Source of the DNA: an uncultured delta proteobacterium
Lineage (GTDB): Bacteria > Myxococcota_A > Polyangia > Polyangiales > Polyangiaceae
DNA length: 64,000 bases
Reading direction: 5' to 3'
Assembly: GCA_963782055.1 (NCBI GenBank)
Contig: CAWAIF010000003.1
Location: forward strand, 3,040,001-3,104,000
Shown here: positions 61,801 to 64,000 of the stretch, in pieces
Numbering within the stretch: the stretch's first letter is position 1
Layout: each line of letters starts with the position of its first letter
Translations under genes and position numbers: made by a program
The notes under the pieces: model-generated
The model's input: only the letters and a program-made list of their open reading frames with translations
Database searches by the model: none
What the model was told of the DNA's origin: nothing

Positions 61801-62080
61801 TGCCGTTCACGTACTCGAAGGCGATGTAGTAGCTCTGGTCGATGGTGCCGAAGTCCAGCGTCCGCGCGATGTGCGGGTGCTCCAGCTGCGAGGCGATGCG
61901 CGCCTCGTCCTCGAACATCTGGATGAACTCCTCGTCTTCCGCGATGTGCGGGAGGATCTTCTTCAGCGCCACCACCTGGCCACCGCGCCTGGCGTCGCGC
62001 GCACGAAACACCTCGGCCATCCCGCCCGCGCTGATGCGATCGAGCAGCTCGTAGCGGCCGAAAGGCTGGGGGCGGTTCAC
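58871..62080 (-). CDS. Ser/Thr protein kinase with Pro-rich linker, TM helix and PEGA domains
   Basis: GTG at 62080; GGMAEV, ALKK, HRDVSPQN, DFG, YMSPEQ; TM GLIIGLFVAVLVIAG; PEGA repeats. Confidence 0.92.
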   Translation of the reverse strand: MNRPQPFGRYELLDRISAGGMAEVFRARDARRGGQVVALKKILPHIAEDEEFIQMFEDEARIASQLEHPHIARTLDFGTIDQSYYIAFEYVNGKDMRAIYERAVRLKERIPLSFLLYVFARIGEGLSYAHARRDASGAPVSIVHRDVSPQNIVVSFDGDVKLIDFGIAKAAGKLSRTAVGTIKGKFGYMSPEQVRGMEVDQRTDIFSLGISMWELLTLQRLFAAENEILVLEKIRNLKIPPPSSLDASVPPELDRIVLKALSKDLDGRYRSAKELYRDLNALAESASAVAAREEVAAYMRRAFAEAADKTGLDPGSHSGPRPTPQVPRGQPQAPGSVQASRASGAGMSYNAGAPPRGQETPMAADNKGSDLDIFEGLGKKSPSAGPPAPSRVPPPPGSRGAPPPPPTSGDLGKKTLLGIAAPQTGIGHPPVVPPPRSGPPGAGRGSLPAVAPPPSKSAPPPASTRPAPYAAAPSGGMDMDWDDDDEATHIFDKDSEGSHAGPAPAPAAGRPAAGARAVPPPPATAPLLNKSAPPPPPPGNNMGFQRTMAMNAPPPPPPGAMPPPPPASSVGSAFARASSAPAGAMAPPPPTIDPRPLINPHGMTMPLGQAPPVGNLAGQVHTEPLQMPPRPPSAAPPPPPGAAFQMTQPAQGMPQQGMQQQMQQPQMQQGMQQPQMQQMMQQAPRTMEATALVRPPSSSKAGLIIGLFVAVLVIAGAVGGYMFLMPHTGNIAINVADSKGGAVSSLEVTVDGKTVCDHAPCSVTKVKTGSHEVKVTAKGYDTPAPKLIAVESGKTAQIDFALSGGAAAGTGFKVTGTQPGVKLLVDGSDVGSLPQELHDLKPGDHQLKFVGKPEVDAKTHKEVQRYEPLEKTVTVKEGEVTDLDSVTLKVLIGKATITLGTPGAKVTLVSSTGDRRNVTTFPISVDIDTSKATWTIEASKFGYEEAKLPISFDDGQAEKVFNVELQAKGAAPTYHPTTTHTTHTTTTHTTTTHVTPSGGAKLAVINALPMGGTVVVLDGKPLGAVPKKNVSVSAGSHTLIFINPGKSLKKVVHVSVGAGENKNVIVHLD
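59095..59165 (-). repeat. His/Thr low-complexity coding repeat
   Basis: Encodes TYHPTTTHTTHTTTTHTTTTHVTP. Confidence 0.7.
60034..60143 (-). repeat. Gln/Met-rich coding repeat
   Basis: Encodes QGMPQQGMQQQMQQPQMQQGMQQPQMQQMMQQ. Confidence 0.75.
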
Positions 62081-62234
62081 TCTCGCCTCCCGCCCGCGGG
62101 CGCCCGCTGGCAATGAACCCTGACCACGCTTTCCCTGGGATTTTTTGTACCGGCCCGTTCGGGGCCCGGTCAATCGAAAGTCTCGCACAGGGCCGGGATT
62201 TTCGCAGGCTCGAGCGTGCCTTCGACGTCGCGCG

Positions 62235-64000
62235 TCATGGTGTCGCGCCCGTGCCCAGCGAGCGGGAGCCCGATCCCGAGCCTGTTCCGGAGCCTGTCTC
62301 GGCCCCCCCTTCCGGTGCGCCGGCGTCCTTGGGCTTGGGATGGCTGAAGTACCGGACCCGTTGCATCTGCAGCGGCTGCCAAACGCCCGGCCCGACCGGC
62401 GGGGTGTCGAAGAACAGCCGCGCGGCGGGCGTGGAGCCGCGCACCAGCCGAGCCACCAGGCCTTCGGGCGGCACCACCGGGTTGCCTGCGGCGTCCAGCG
62501 TCCCGCCCAGCAGCGCGCGGGCGTCGCCGTCGACCGCCGCGCGCGCGGTGCAGTGCAACGCGTCGAGCAGCGCGCCCATCGCCGCGCGGGTGGAGGCGTC
62601 GGGCGTGGCGTTGGGCGGCAGCTCCACCCAGGCGAGCATGCCGTCCTGGTCGTCGATGCCCACCGCGGCGCGGGGAGGCGGCCCGGCGCCGATCGGCCGT
62701 GTCCGCGCGAGCGCCAGCGCGTGCGGCGAGGGCGGGCCGCCGGCGAGCGCGAAGCGCGACCCGGAGAGCCACACCGCGGGCCCCGGCTGCAGCAGCGCGC
62801 GCGCGCCGGTGAACACCGCGATCGTCGGCGTGGACTCGGTGGTGCCCTCGCTACCCGCCGGCAGCACCGTGCGCGGATCGATGCGCACCACGCGCATCGC
62901 GGCGTCGGCGCGCGCCAGCGACGGTCGTACGGTGGTGATGGCGAGCGCATAGGGGAACCCGTGCTGCGGCAGGCCCTTGGTGCGCCACGCGCCCTCGCCC
63001 GGCTGCGCGGGCGTCACCAGCGGCGTGACGTCGCGGCCCGGCAGCTCCGGGCGGCGCGTGAGGTAGAAGAAGTCGCGCCCGTTCAGGTGCATGTACTCCG
63101 GGAAGTTCTGCTCCGACATCCCGCGGATCATCCGGCGCGCGCGGTAGTGGAAGCCGGGGAGGTGGCTGATGGTGCTCTCGTGCTCCCAGTCGCTCTGCAG
63201 CGGCCGCCCCAGCGGCTTCCACGTGTCCGACGTCTCCACGTCGTAGAACTCGAAGCCGACGAGCCCGGGGTTCATGTCCAGGTGCATGCCGTACTCGCAG
63301 CGCGCCCGGATCATCGCCGCGGCGAGCGCCTGTGCGGAGAGCTCGTTGCCGAAGAAGTACCCGACGAAGTGGTCCTTCGTCATGCAGATGCCGCTGCGCG
63401 TGGTGTGGATGGTGTCCTGCCAGCCGGGCGGCGTGCCTCCCCACCACGTGCGGCGCCACGGGTTGAAGGTGCCGTGCTCCACCAGCGCGGTCAGGTTCTG
63501 CCGGTAGCTCAGGATGTCGGGCGGCACGTCGGTGGTGCCGGGCCACGACCCGAAGGCGGTCGCGCCGTCGCGCAGCTCCATCACCGTGGCGGCGTACGGC
63601 TTGGGGGGCAGGTAGAGCACGCCGTTCGCCTGCATGCCGTACTCGCCGTGCATCGCCTGGAAGCCGCCGTTGAAGCCGCCGACCACCTCGCGCATCACCT
63701 CCGGCTTGCGCGGGATGCACCCGGGGCCCGCCTCGCCCGTCGCGCTGAGCGGCTCCACCGTCCCCGCTTCCATGTGCAGCGCGATCTGCCGCGGGTCCCA
63801 CATGGTGATGTACACGCGCGTCGTCTGCTGATCCCTGTCCGGGCGCAGGAAGGTGGTGACGAAGGCGCCCGGCACGCCCGGCTGCGGGGTGATGAAGGGA
63901 TCGTCGTCCAGGGAGATCCACTTGCCCTCGCCGGCGATCGCCGGGTGGAGCATCGGCGCGATGGGCGCGGGCGGCCAGCCGATGTCGGGGTCGGTGAAGG
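62235..64000 (-). CDS. Hypothetical protein, phosphodiester glycosidase (NAGPA)-like, 5' partial
   Basis: Open frame to the window edge; GFNGGF, RSGIC, MHLDMN resemble NAGPA-type motifs. Confidence 0.6.
   Translation of the reverse strand, partial: FTDPDIGWPPAPIAPMLHPAIAGEGKWISLDDDPFITPQPGVPGAFVTTFLRPDRDQQTTRVYITMWDPRQIALHMEAGTVEPLSATGEAGPGCIPRKPEVMREVVGGFNGGFQAMHGEYGMQANGVLYLPPKPYAATVMELRDGATAFGSWPGTTDVPPDILSYRQNLTALVEHGTFNPWRRTWWGGTPPGWQDTIHTTRSGICMTKDHFVGYFFGNELSAQALAAAMIRARCEYGMHLDMNPGLVGFEFYDVETSDTWKPLGRPLQSDWEHESTISHLPGFHYRARRMIRGMSEQNFPEYMHLNGRDFFYLTRRPELPGRDVTPLVTPAQPGEGAWRTKGLPQHGFPYALAITTVRPSLARADAAMRVVRIDPRTVLPAGSEGTTESTPTIAVFTGARALLQPGPAVWLSGSRFALAGGPPSPHALALARTRPIGAGPPPRAAVGIDDQDGMLAWVELPPNATPDASTRAAMGALLDALHCTARAAVDGDARALLGGTLDAAGNPVVPPEGLVARLVRGSTPAARLFFDTPPVGPGVWQPLQMQRVRYFSHPKPKDAGAPEGGAETGSGTGSGSGSRSLGTGATP

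Overview
Very GC-rich bacterial DNA (roughly 70-75% by eye). Gene content points to Myxococcota, probably Polyangiales-like: a Ser/Thr kinase with PEGA domains, a TonB-C-fused receptor, many Cys-rich lipoproteins and a pilR-pilA locus. About 55 genes are densely packed; I saw no rRNA, tRNA, CRISPR array or intact mobile element. Main highlights: (1) 6.5-18.7 kb is a polyhydroxyalkanoate (PHA) locus. phaR is divergent from an operon of two paralogous beta-rich lipoproteins, a lipoprotein alpha/beta-hydrolase, an outer-membrane beta-barrel, a 90-aa mini-PhaE, a long-chain acyl-CoA ligase and class III phaC; a phasin-like gene, an enoyl-CoA hydratase and a depolymerase-like esterase lie nearby. 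Seven copies of a 15-bp TGYTGC-N3-GCANCA box mark the locus, four of them inside genes. (2) 46.4-58.7 kb is a type IV pilin locus where four pilins flank four GT-C-fold membrane glycosyltransferases, two of them TMTC-like, suggesting a pilin glycosylation system. (3) An orphan FlhA/SctV lies next to a candidate secreted protein with a sigma28-like promoter and two small paralogous membrane proteins. Smaller signals: a deletion scar joining two 5'-truncated divergent genes, a serine recombinase lacking its catalytic Ser, a dispersed 32-bp palindrome, a perfectly symmetric bidirectional promoter and frequent apparently leaderless starts. All functional calls come from reading motifs by eye; no database searches were run.
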